Source: an uncultured Dehalococcoidia bacterium
GTDB lineage: Bacteria; Chloroflexota; Dehalococcoidia; Lucifugimonadales; CAJWER01
Length of the DNA: 64,000 nucleotides
NCBI GenBank assembly: GCA_964608025.1
Contig: CAZSLO010000022.1
Location: 31,256-95,255 of the forward strand
Direction of reading: 5' to 3'
Shown: piece after piece, positions 9,545-19,300 of the stretch
Position numbering within the stretch: the first letter of the stretch is position 1
Layout of the letters: each line of letters opens with the position of its first letter
Notes under the pieces: generated by a model
Databases searched by the model: none
What the model was told of the DNA's origin: nothing
What the model saw: only the letters and a program-made list of their open reading frames with translations
Translations under genes and position numbers: made by a program

Positions 9545-10798
9545 ATGAGAAATACCTTCTGGTTCTGCGCATACGTCGCAATCATCGGTGTCTCGCTGGT
9601 AGTCCTAGCCTGTTCCGCATCCAACGGTGCAGAAGAACCATCCTCCCAACCAAGCAAACAAAAACTGGATTCATCCGCTGAGACAAATGCTTCTGTCTCA
9701 CCTACGCCTACCAAAACCAGAGCTAGCTTATTTACCGGCCGTCGAGACTCCGATAGGAAAGCACCTGAATTCGTAGGTCTTGACGGTTGGCTGAATTCAG
9801 ATCCATTCAAGCTAGAGGACAAGTTAGGGCAGGTTGTCTTAATCGATTTCTGGACCTATACATGCGTGAATTGCATAAGAACCTTGCCCTATATCAAAGA
9901 TTGGCACGACAAGTACGGAGATAAAGGCCTAGTCATACTAGGTGTTCACGCGCCCGAATTCGAATTTGAAAAAATCCCAGCGAACGTGAGTATGGCGCGC
10001 AATGATCATGGTCTTAAGTACCCCATAGCTCAAGACAACGACATGCAAACATGGAAAGCTTTTGAGAACCAATTCTGGCCTGCGAAATACCTGATCGACA
10101 AAGCAGGATGGATCCGGTTTTCTCATTTTGGAGAAGGTGCTTACATAGAGACCGAGAATCAAATTCGTAGGCTCTTAATTGAGGCAGGTTCCGATCTTGA
10201 ATCTGTTGAGATTAGCTCTGATACTGAACCAGTACGTGACGATAGGGCATGGAAGCAGTCCGATCCATTCGAAGCCCAGACCCGGGAACTCTACGCAGGA
10301 TTCTTACGTAACGCAGGTGCGCTTCGTGCAGGATATCCACCATATGTCTCAAACAAAGAATTCTACTCAGTACCAGGCCAAAACCTTGTATACAAAGATC
10401 CTGGTGAACATAAAAATCACCATATCTATCTCCAGGGGGAATGGCTAAATGGCCCGGAAGAGCTGATTCATTCTCGCAAGACCGAAAACTACGAAGATTA
10501 CCTGGCGATCAATTTTAAGGCTATAGAAGTCAACGTAGTGCTAAGCATCAAGAACCAACCATATAATGTTAGGGTTTTGATCGACGGAAGGCCTTTGGCT
10601 TTAAATGAAGCCGGTACTGATATTAGTTTCGACGACCAAGGCAACAGTTTTGTAGAAGTGGGCACATCTGACATGTACCACATTGTTCAATTACCGGAAT
10701 ATAGTAAACACGAACTCCAATTAAGCTCTAATTCAAACCAATTATCAATATATGCGTTTACCTTCGGGTCATATTTGAGTCCTCAGCCCGGACAATGA
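9545..10798 (+). CDS. Lipoprotein thiol:disulfide oxidoreductase, DipZ-C-terminal-like (thioredoxin fold plus jelly-roll domain)
   Basis: Lipobox VLAC. Redoxin motif FWTYTCVNCIRTLP (CxxC). HAPEFEFEK and FWPAKYLID are typical of the DipZ soluble part. Confidence 0.7.
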   Translation: MRNTFWFCAYVAIIGVSLVVLACSASNGAEEPSSQPSKQKLDSSAETNASVSPTPTKTRASLFTGRRDSDRKAPEFVGLDGWLNSDPFKLEDKLGQVVLIDFWTYTCVNCIRTLPYIKDWHDKYGDKGLVILGVHAPEFEFEKIPANVSMARNDHGLKYPIAQDNDMQTWKAFENQFWPAKYLIDKAGWIRFSHFGEGAYIETENQIRRLLIEAGSDLESVEISSDTEPVRDDRAWKQSDPFEAQTRELYAGFLRNAGALRAGYPPYVSNKEFYSVPGQNLVYKDPGEHKNHHIYLQGEWLNGPEELIHSRKTENYEDYLAINFKAIEVNVVLSIKNQPYNVRVLIDGRPLALNEAGTDISFDDQGNSFVEVGTSDMYHIVQLPEYSKHELQLSSNSNQLSIYAFTFGSYLSPQPGQ

Positions 10799-10920
10799 AT
10801 GAACAGAATAATAGAATTTTAACCTTGGTTCGGGTTGAAACAGGTCATTGAAATAGAATCTTTTACCGATTGTAAATACTTTGGGAAATAACTGATGGAC
10901 ATGCGTAAATAGCTACATCC

Positions 10921-11850
10921 ATGAGAACTTCCGATCTACTTCTGATTCAATCTGTTATGGTAACGATATTGATCGCCTGCTCATATATCCACCCGGCCGA
11001 CGCTAAATCAACCGAAACCATATCACGCCCAGACAGGGCTCCTTTGGTAAATGGCCCAAGATCTCCTGAGGGACTACAGATCATCCTTGGTACAGGTGAC
11101 CTAGGTGTCGGTATGAACCGCTTCGCGTTCGTAATTACTTCTCCCAGAGGCTTCATTACCGAGTCAACCGTCGGAATTACCACATACTTTATTCCTCATG
11201 AAGGTAAATCCACTGAGATTGAGCAACAGGCCGAGGCAATATATCAACCATGGCCCTACGGCAATAGAGGAATGTACACAACTAATCTTGAGTTCGACCG
11301 GGAAGGGACTTGGAAAGCGGTGATCGCAATACCTAGATCCACGGGTATTTTTCATAAAGCTGATTTAATATTTGAAGTAAAACCAGTAACCACTGCACCA
11401 GCGATTGGGGATATGGCTATAGGAAGTCTCACCCGAACATTGTCTGACGTGGAAAGCATATCCGAACTGTCTACGGGATCGCTGCAAGATGAAGACCTAT
11501 ACAAGATATCTCTTGCTCAAGCCATTAATAGTGGATCCCCTACTGTTGTTGTTTTCGCAAGCCCTGCATTCTGCATCAACGCCGTTTGTGGTCCACAGGT
11601 GGAGATTCTTCAACAACTTAAGGATCTTTACAACAATCAAGCCCACTTCATACACATAGATTTCTACGAAAATCCCCTGGAAATTCAAGGAGACTTAAAC
11701 AAAGCTCAAATCTCTCCCGCAGTCCTTGAATGGTCTCTTCCTAGTATTGAATGGACTTTCGTGATCAACAATTCTGGGATCATCGCTGCCCGGTTCGAGG
11801 GATTCGCCACACTGGATGAAATCTCCGACGCCCTTAAGCCATTCCTATAA
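10921..11850 (+). CDS. Lipoprotein of unknown function with C-terminal thioredoxin-fold-like region
   Basis: Signal peptide with lipobox LIAC. C-terminal VVVFASPAFCINAVCGP (Cx4C) embedded in a thioredoxin-like context. Confidence 0.45.
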   Translation: MRTSDLLLIQSVMVTILIACSYIHPADAKSTETISRPDRAPLVNGPRSPEGLQIILGTGDLGVGMNRFAFVITSPRGFITESTVGITTYFIPHEGKSTEIEQQAEAIYQPWPYGNRGMYTTNLEFDREGTWKAVIAIPRSTGIFHKADLIFEVKPVTTAPAIGDMAIGSLTRTLSDVESISELSTGSLQDEDLYKISLAQAINSGSPTVVVFASPAFCINAVCGPQVEILQQLKDLYNNQAHFIHIDFYENPLEIQGDLNKAQISPAVLEWSLPSIEWTFVINNSGIIAARFEGFATLDEISDALKPFL

Positions 11851-11993
11851 AAAGACTGATTTCACTTTTTGGCGATAGCTGATGTTATCTAATTCCTGGT
11901 ATTTGGAACATCGGATTTTTTGGTCACGGAAGAACGCTATTTTGGATTCGTCGAGTTATCTTGTGCTTAAAGGGTCTGCAATTCTGAATTTTT

Positions 11994-12569
11994 TCATTCA
12001 AGGGAATGGGAACTATCATATTCTATGTATTTCTGGAAATCTTTCGCTGCTTGTGCGGTTAAACCAAGGTTGCGGTAGGACCAGCTCCTGTTTTTGTATG
12101 CGGCAGGATATCTTGGTTCTAAGTTAATCGCCTTGTCAAAATCTTCTATCGCTTTTTCATATTGACCCAACATATGATAGGCATATCCCCTGTTATTAAA
12201 GAGCCTAGCTCTGCCTGAACCGTGACGCACAGCTTCATCAAAGTTGGTTATGGCCTTTTCATATTGCCCTGAGCTGGAATATGAAATGCCTCTAGCAAAA
12301 TATACGTCGGAATGTTTGGCGCCGAGTGATAAAGATCCCCTCCTCCCTCTTCCATCCCCAGGCCTTGCCCTTTTCCGACGCCTAGGGACACGTTTCCGTT
12401 TGAATAGCGCAGCTAGCGCCAGAAGAACCAGCTTAGGAGTACCAGGATATCGTCTCCCTTCTATCCACTGTGCTACCGTAATCCTCGCTACACCTAGCTC
12501 CTCAGCGATCGACGTAATCGACCAACCTTTCTTACGCAGCCACCATATTTGTTGTTGAACTTCATTCAT
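11994..12569 (-). CDS. Helix-turn-helix / TPR-repeat fusion protein with an Arg-rich linker
   Basis: N-terminal WSITSIAEELGVARITVAQW (HTH), linker KRKRVPRRRKRARPGDGRGRRG, then three TPR-like repeats (YEKAIxxFDxA pattern). Confidence 0.65.
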   Translation of the reverse strand: MNEVQQQIWWLRKKGWSITSIAEELGVARITVAQWIEGRRYPGTPKLVLLALAALFKRKRVPRRRKRARPGDGRGRRGSLSLGAKHSDVYFARGISYSSSGQYEKAITNFDEAVRHGSGRARLFNNRGYAYHMLGQYEKAIEDFDKAINLEPRYPAAYKNRSWSYRNLGLTAQAAKDFQKYIEYDSSHSLE

Positions 12570-12574
12570 AATTA

Positions 12575-12660
12575 ATTATTATATGCATTGTATATATCAT
12601 AGGCTTTAATTCAAAACTTGAATTAAAATATTATTATATATTCATTGCATACATATCCAT
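12575..12660. promoter_or_regulatory. AT-rich repeat / palindrome / repeat array directly upstream of the HTH-TPR gene (candidate promoter and operator)
   Basis: Imperfect direct repeats at 12575-12600 and 12630-12660 (ATTATTATAT..CATTG.ATA..CAT) flank the palindrome TTTAATTCAA-aac-TTGAATTAAA (12605-12627). On the minus strand TATAAT lies 8 nt before the ATG, and there is no SD. Confidence 0.4.
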
Positions 12661-12942
12661 ATCAAATATGGAAAAGATATCCCCCAAAACACACCTTGAA
12701 AGAAGTTCGGTAATTATGATTGTCGGCCCTATGCAATATTTCTAGGAATAGAAAATCTCGCAATCACATCAACGGGGAGTATAAATCTATATAACTATCG
12801 GTACCCAACGGGATATTACTCAGGATCAGAGATGGTAACAAGAAAGGTCGGATCGGAGTAAACCCAGCCTAGTCATCGAATGACAAAAGTAGTCTTTCCA
12901 TCAGTATTCGAAAAAAAACCAGTAGGAAATATCTCGCAGTTC

Positions 12943-14976
12943 TTAGGAGGTGTCGTTGTCCAAGTCTCCCAAACTTTCGTCCAGGATCTCAATCAGGTCT
13001 CGTGGTCGAAGCGTTTCTGCTCCATCTACTGAACCTTGGGCCTCGACAAACATCTGTAAACAGAACGGGCACGAGACACCAACTGTATCAGCCCCAGTCT
13101 CCAGTACTTGCTCGGTACGTACATGGTTTATCCTTCGTCCTCTACTCTCATCCATCCACATATGTCCACCGCCGGCACCGCAGCAGAAACCGCTCTCGCG
13201 TTTTCGTTCCATCTCAACAAGCTTTAGACCTGGGATTGCATTTGCAAGTTCACGAGGAGCGTCATATATGCCGTTATGGCGTCCGAGATAACATGAATCG
13301 TGATACGCAACTGTCTCATCTACAAATACGGCTGGCTTTATCTTGCCTTGCCCAATTAACTCGGTTACGAATTCACTGTAGTGTACAACCTCGTAATTCC
13401 CTCCTAGGTGCGGGTACTCATTCTTAATGGTGTTAAAACAATGTGGGCATATCGTTACCACTTTCTTGACGTTATATTGGTTCAAAATATCGATATTCTG
13501 TTTCGCCATAACCTGGTACAGGTATTCGTTACCCATACGCCGTGCGGGATCCCCCGTACAACCTTCTTCGGACCCCAAAATTGCAAAATCTACGTTGGCA
13601 CGTTTTAGAACGGATGCCATTGAACGAGCAACACTTTGACTTCTTTTCTCTAGGGCGGCGGTACACCCCACCCAAAACAATACATCGGCACCCGGATTTT
13701 CAGACAATGTCTTGAGGTTCAAACCTTCCGCCCAATCTGTTCTTGTAAACTGTGTCCCTCTCCATGGATGTCCGCGCTGCTCCATATTCATAAGAGATGA
13801 AGCTGCTGATTCTGGCAGGCTAGCCTGCTCCATTACTAAATTGCGACGCATTTCGACTATCATGTCAATATGTTCAACGCCTACAGGGCACTCTTGTTCA
13901 CAAGCCCCGCAGGTCAAGCAGTCCCAAAGGGCTTCTTCTTCAATTTTGCCGCCTATGATTGGTTCCGAATCTGCCGAGTTTCCTGTTTCAATCAAATGTT
14001 CCTTCAACCCATCCGCTATATGCATGGGAGAAAGAACCTTATCTGTTATGGCTGCAGGACATGAATCCGTACAACGACCGCAAACGGCACAGGCGTACCC
14101 ATCCAACAATTGTTTCCAGGTAAATTCTTCTACACGGGTAGCCCCAAACGTTTCGGCTGTTTCCAAATCCTTCGGGGTAGACAGTGTTCCACTTGCTTCC
14201 AGATCTCGAAACACGAATGCGAGTGGGGCTGCGATTAAATGCATATGTTTTGAAAGCGGAATATATGCCGCAAATCCCAATATCAGGGCGAGGTGAGTCC
14301 ACCAAGAAAGGGAATGCAGGACATCTGCCTCATTTTCACTAACACCCCAATTCCTGAATATACTCCCGATCCATGATCCGATCGGCGCTGAAGCCGTAGG
14401 TCCATTTCCACCTGCAGCTACATAGAAAGCCTCCGAAAAAATGTGGAGGGTCATAAGAGCTCCAATTAGAGCAAGTATAACCACTGCTTCTGGTTTCTGT
14501 GTAAGTGCAAATCTTAATCTGCTAGGTGTAAAAAGCCATCTCCGTGCCCCAGCCCATATAACAGCCACCAGGAGAATAATTGACAGCGCCTCCAAGTACA
14601 CCGCAAACATGCGAACTCCCATAACAGTCAATAGTTTAGTCGAAAATGGACGCCATGCAGAGTCTCCGAATATGAATACGATATAGCTCAGCGTGAACGA
14701 TAGAAATCCCCAGAAAATCAACACATGGACTAGCCCAGACCGATCATGCCGAAATGAAAAATTCTGGAGGACCTTACTCTGTCCAAAAACCATGGGAATC
14801 GCGTTCAATATACGTTGTGATAGCTTGTCCGAACGGTTGGAAGACTTGCCAAGCAATATAAGACGAAATACACGGACATAGAGAATCGAGGCGGCAATTG
14901 CAAATGCGATTGCCGCAAAGCAATAGACTCCAATCCAAGTTGGTATTCCGGCAAATAGATCGTCAGGTGGAACCAT
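12943..14976 (-). CDS. Membrane-anchored iron-sulfur oxidoreductase, HdrD/GlpC/DsrK-like (N-terminal polytopic domain, 2x[4Fe-4S], CCG domains)
   Basis: About 260 aa of hydrophobic helices. Ferredoxin motifs CAVCGRCTDSCP and CLTCGACEQECP. C-terminal cysteine-rich domain with FCCGAGGG. Confidence 0.8.
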   Translation of the reverse strand: MVPPDDLFAGIPTWIGVYCFAAIAFAIAASILYVRVFRLILLGKSSNRSDKLSQRILNAIPMVFGQSKVLQNFSFRHDRSGLVHVLIFWGFLSFTLSYIVFIFGDSAWRPFSTKLLTVMGVRMFAVYLEALSIILLVAVIWAGARRWLFTPSRLRFALTQKPEAVVILALIGALMTLHIFSEAFYVAAGGNGPTASAPIGSWIGSIFRNWGVSENEADVLHSLSWWTHLALILGFAAYIPLSKHMHLIAAPLAFVFRDLEASGTLSTPKDLETAETFGATRVEEFTWKQLLDGYACAVCGRCTDSCPAAITDKVLSPMHIADGLKEHLIETGNSADSEPIIGGKIEEEALWDCLTCGACEQECPVGVEHIDMIVEMRRNLVMEQASLPESAASSLMNMEQRGHPWRGTQFTRTDWAEGLNLKTLSENPGADVLFWVGCTAALEKRSQSVARSMASVLKRANVDFAILGSEEGCTGDPARRMGNEYLYQVMAKQNIDILNQYNVKKVVTICPHCFNTIKNEYPHLGGNYEVVHYSEFVTELIGQGKIKPAVFVDETVAYHDSCYLGRHNGIYDAPRELANAIPGLKLVEMERKRESGFCCGAGGGHMWMDESRGRRINHVRTEQVLETGADTVGVSCPFCLQMFVEAQGSVDGAETLRPRDLIEILDESLGDLDNDTS

Positions 14977-15041
14977 GTTGTAAGAGTAAGTGGAATATTA
15001 CCTATGGTCTAGTGGTTTAGGACATGAATGATTTATTCTAT

Positions 15042-15983
15042 TCATGCTTGGTAGAGAAGAACCATCGCTGATGTAGCTAACCACAGTGCTATAGACACAA
15101 TCAAGGGGCCATCGGTGATTACTACATCTTCTGGGCTTTCGCCAATATTTTTCGCATAAACCAAAAAGAGGTATCGAAATACACCGTATACTACAAAGGG
15201 TGCGGTAAGCATCATCGCATCGTTGTCAGGCAAATTAGGAGCCGTAAAGGTATAGAGGATGTACGATAATGGTGTAGCTGTGGCTACAACTCCTATCAAC
15301 TGATCAAGTAGCGGAACAGAGTACTGGTATAAAGCCTCTCTCTGGCTCCCAGCAGTTTCGCCAGCATTCACAAGTTCACTTCTCCTTTTAGAAAGCCCGA
15401 GGAAAAGAGCTCCGAGCCCAGTACATATATATAACCAAGGCGATACAGGTACTTGCAATACTGCAGCTCCGGCGACTGCCCGAAGAACGAATCCCGCACT
15501 GATTGCAAAGACATCAATGAGTACGATTTGTTTTAACACAAGAGAGTAGGCCAAGGATATCGCTAGGTATACAGTCGCCACCCATCCAAACGCTATTTCG
15601 ACAATAAACGCCGCTGTTATGCCCGCTGTCCCTAGAACAACAGCACCAGTCAACGCAAAGGCCGAGGACAAATCACCTGATGCAACTGGGCGATGACGCT
15701 TATACGCATGCTTACGATCTCTTTCAGCATCTAGGATGTCGTTTATCAAATACTGCGATGACGAAACAAGCGAAAACAAGACAAACCCTGTCGTGGCCTT
15801 CCCAAACAGTGACAGGAAGGAGGCAGTATCATTCAAGACCCATACATCACCAGCGGTAAAAAATAGAACGAAGTACAGAAGAACGTTTTTCGTCCACTGC
15901 TTAGGGCGAGATGCCACCAAGATGGCCCGTAGTGAAACTATAACGGGCCTCTTATCATTGCTTATCTGTTTTGGGTTTTCCAT
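15042..15983 (-). CDS. UbiA-family prenyltransferase, decaprenyl-phosphate phosphoribosyltransferase-like
   Basis: RPKQWTKN near the N-terminus and NDILDAERDRKHAYKRHRPVASG, characteristic of the DPPR-synthase subgroup. Polytopic. Confidence 0.75.
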   Translation of the reverse strand: MENPKQISNDKRPVIVSLRAILVASRPKQWTKNVLLYFVLFFTAGDVWVLNDTASFLSLFGKATTGFVLFSLVSSSQYLINDILDAERDRKHAYKRHRPVASGDLSSAFALTGAVVLGTAGITAAFIVEIAFGWVATVYLAISLAYSLVLKQIVLIDVFAISAGFVLRAVAGAAVLQVPVSPWLYICTGLGALFLGLSKRRSELVNAGETAGSQREALYQYSVPLLDQLIGVVATATPLSYILYTFTAPNLPDNDAMMLTAPFVVYGVFRYLFLVYAKNIGESPEDVVITDGPLIVSIALWLATSAMVLLYQA

Positions 15984-16397
15984 CCATCGATGATATCTAT
16001 CAACTTACAACTCGGTCAATGTGATCCACGACTATATCAAGAACTCGAGGGATACCCGGGTTGAACTTGCTGTTTAAATACCAAAGTTCTGGTATCCTCC
16101 CCATCTGGTCTTCAAGCTAGCATTTACAACTCTCGTAAATATTTTGACGCGACGAAATCCTTGTCAACTCAGGAAGTGTATTACGAGATGAATTATATTC
16201 TTGGCACTAAATAAATAGCCTAATCGAAAGAACAATTCCCTGCCAGAAAGACTTGATTTCATATGGCTTGTAGACCTTATAATTGGCGGATGAAATCCAA
16301 CCAACCAAAACTCTGTTGAACCCATATTTAGTATCACCATCTCATCTAGATAACTGGCCAACCAGCTCTTTTATCTGGAAATGTCCAAAGGAAATAA

Positions 16398-19300
16398 TTG
16401 TTCACACATCTACATAATCACACTGAATTTAGTCTTCTAGACGGCCTAAGTAGACTAGAACCACTAATTCAGCGCACTAAAGATCTTGGTATGAGCCACC
16501 TGGCAATTACAGACCACGGTGGGCTGTATGGCGCAATTGACTTTTACCAAGCAGCACGCGCTGCAGATGTAGTCCCTATTATTGGGTGCGAGATGTATGT
16601 AGCACCCAGTAGCAGATATGACCGCAACCCGAATGATAAGAAACCTTACCACATGACAGTCTTAGCCAAGAACCAAATCGGTTACGGCAATCTTGTCAAG
16701 CTAGTTACTGCTGCTCATCTTGAGGGCTTCTATTACTACCCCAGGATAGACAAGCCCCTCCTAGAGAAACACAGCGAAGGACTCATCGTATTATCTGGTT
16801 GCCCAAGCGGAGAGGTACCAAAGCTGATTAGCCAAGGGCGCATGGAAGATGCTACAGCGGCTGTTCAATGGTACAGAGATCTGTTCCCAGACTACCACCT
16901 AGAACTAATGGAGCACGGTGGAGTCGAAGGGTTGCCAATAATTAACCAGGGCTTGATGGAACTACACAGGGAACTGAAAGTTCCCGTCGTAGCAACTAAC
17001 GACAGCCATTACATAAATAAGGAGGATGCTCCTCTCCAAGACATCCTTATCTGCATACATACGAATACCAACATCAACGACCCCAAGCGATTGAAAATGG
17101 ACGAAGATTCTTATTACATCAAAAGTCCTGACGAAATGGCTTCCCTTTACCCCGAAACACCAGCCGCTATTTCCAACTCGATGCGAATAGCTGAAGAATG
17201 CGAATTGGAGATCGATTTTTCTCAGCTACATTTACCTGAATACACCGTACCCGAAGGGATGAACGCTGACGAATATCTTGCCAAGCTTTGCTGGGATGGA
17301 CTAAGTCACCGAATTGGCCAGTACGGAGATGAAGAAAAAAGCCGCCTGCAATACGAGTTAGAGGTAATCAAGCAAACCCAGTACGCCAACTATTTTCTAG
17401 TGGTATGGGATATAGCTACATTTGTTAGAAAGAACGACATCGCTTTTGCTGTCCGAGGTAGCGCTGCTGGTAGCTTAGTACTCTACAGTCTTAGTGTCAC
17501 AGACGTGAATCCTCTCCTATATCGAATCGTATTTGAACGTTTTCTCAATGTTGAGCGCCAGGAAATGCCCGATATTGATATGGATTTCCAAGATGACCGC
17601 CGCGAGGAGGTCCTAAATTACGTCGTCGAGAAATATGGACGTGATCATGTAGCCCAGATTATCACTTTCGGAACGCTCGGAGCCAAGGCATCTATTCGTG
17701 ATGTGGGCAGAGCACTGGCAATGCCATATGAAGAAGTCGATCGTGTCGCACGCCTAATACCAAGCCGTCTTAATATGAAACTGGATAGCGCGCTTGAAGA
17801 GAGCACTGAGTTGCACGAAATATATGAGACAGATCAAGGCATAAAAAGACTCGTAGACTCCGCTCGCGCGATTGAAGGAACAACAAGGCATTCGAGTACC
17901 CACGCGGCCGGGGTTGTGATCTCCAAGGAACCCTTAGATACCCTCGTACCCCTCCAGCGGCCCCCAAAAGGGGATGACGACAGCATCTCTACAACACAAT
18001 ACTCCATGGATCCTGTCGCAGCTCTGGGATTACTTAAAATGGACTTCTTAGGCCTATCGAACCTGTCGATTCTCGCAAATGCAAGAGACCTAATATCGGA
18101 AAACCACAGCATCAGCATAGACTTACGTCAGGTGTCCTTAAATGATGCAAAAACACTAGAGGCACTGAGCAACGGTGACACTGTAGGTGTATTTCAGCTA
18201 GAAGGCTCCGGGATGACAGGACACATCAAGCACTTACAACCGAGTTCGATGGTCGATGTTGCGTCTATGATTGCCTTGTATCGTCCAGGACCAATGGAAC
18301 ACATCGACACATTCATCAAGGCCAAGCACGGAGAAATTGCTGTCGAATATTTACACCCTATCTTGCAACCAATACTAGAAGAAACCTATGGGGTGATAGT
18401 GTTTCAAGACCAAGTATTCTTGATTGCTCAGGCCTTTGCCGGATATTCCCTTGGAGAAGCAGATGTGCTTCGTAAAGCAATGGGCAAAAAGATTCCTGCG
18501 ATTATGGCCCAGGAGAAGGGCAAATTCATTGAGGGTGCGCTTGGCCAAGGATATACAAAAGAACTAGCGGAACAGGTCTTCGCTCTGATAGAACCTTTCG
18601 CAGGTTATGGATTCCCGAAGGCACACGCTATCAGCTATGGTCTCATCTCATATTGGACTGCATATTTAAAAGCGAATTTCCCAGAAGAATATATGGTCTC
18701 CCTCCTCAATGCATATTCTGGCAATTCGGACAAACTTGCTGGTTCCATCTCTGAATGTCGTCGGCTTGGAATCCGGGTTCTACCTCCCGATATTTTAGAT
18801 AGCGAAGTTGAATTCCACGTAGAAAATAGCAATGGCAATAGCACTATCCGATTCGGACTTGCCAACGTCAAGAACGTGGGTACAGGAAGCATCGTACCGT
18901 TCGTAAATTCGCGGAGCGAAGTGGACATCACTATCACCACGATAGAAGAAATGTGTCGTGCCGTGGATATGAGTTCCATCACCAAGAAGACCCTAGAAAG
19001 CCTAGCCATGGCCGGTGCATTTGATCGATTTGGGGACCGTGGAGCAATTTTAGATACCCTTGATCGTATACATTCTCTCGCCCAGGGCGAAGCTGCCCTA
19101 AAAAATTCAAGCCAAGCATCCATGTTCGATATATTGGGACAAGACACGGAAACTCCCCTTGCACATATCGAGCTGCCAGTCGTGAATACCCCGGACACCG
19201 AGAAACAGAATTGGGAATTTGAATTACTAGGAGTCAGTTTCTCGGGAAATAACCTAGAAGAACTTATCGGCAACAATCCCGGTGAGGCGATAATATCCCG

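Noticed and set aside
13712-14296. 194-aa plus-strand ORF (and several 60-140-aa ORFs) antisense to the HdrD-like gene; likewise 12244..12558 antisense to the HTH-TPR gene and 18635..19276 antisense to dnaE
   Set aside because: These are shadow ORFs inside strongly supported genes, with low-complexity Ser/Arg/Pro-rich translations.
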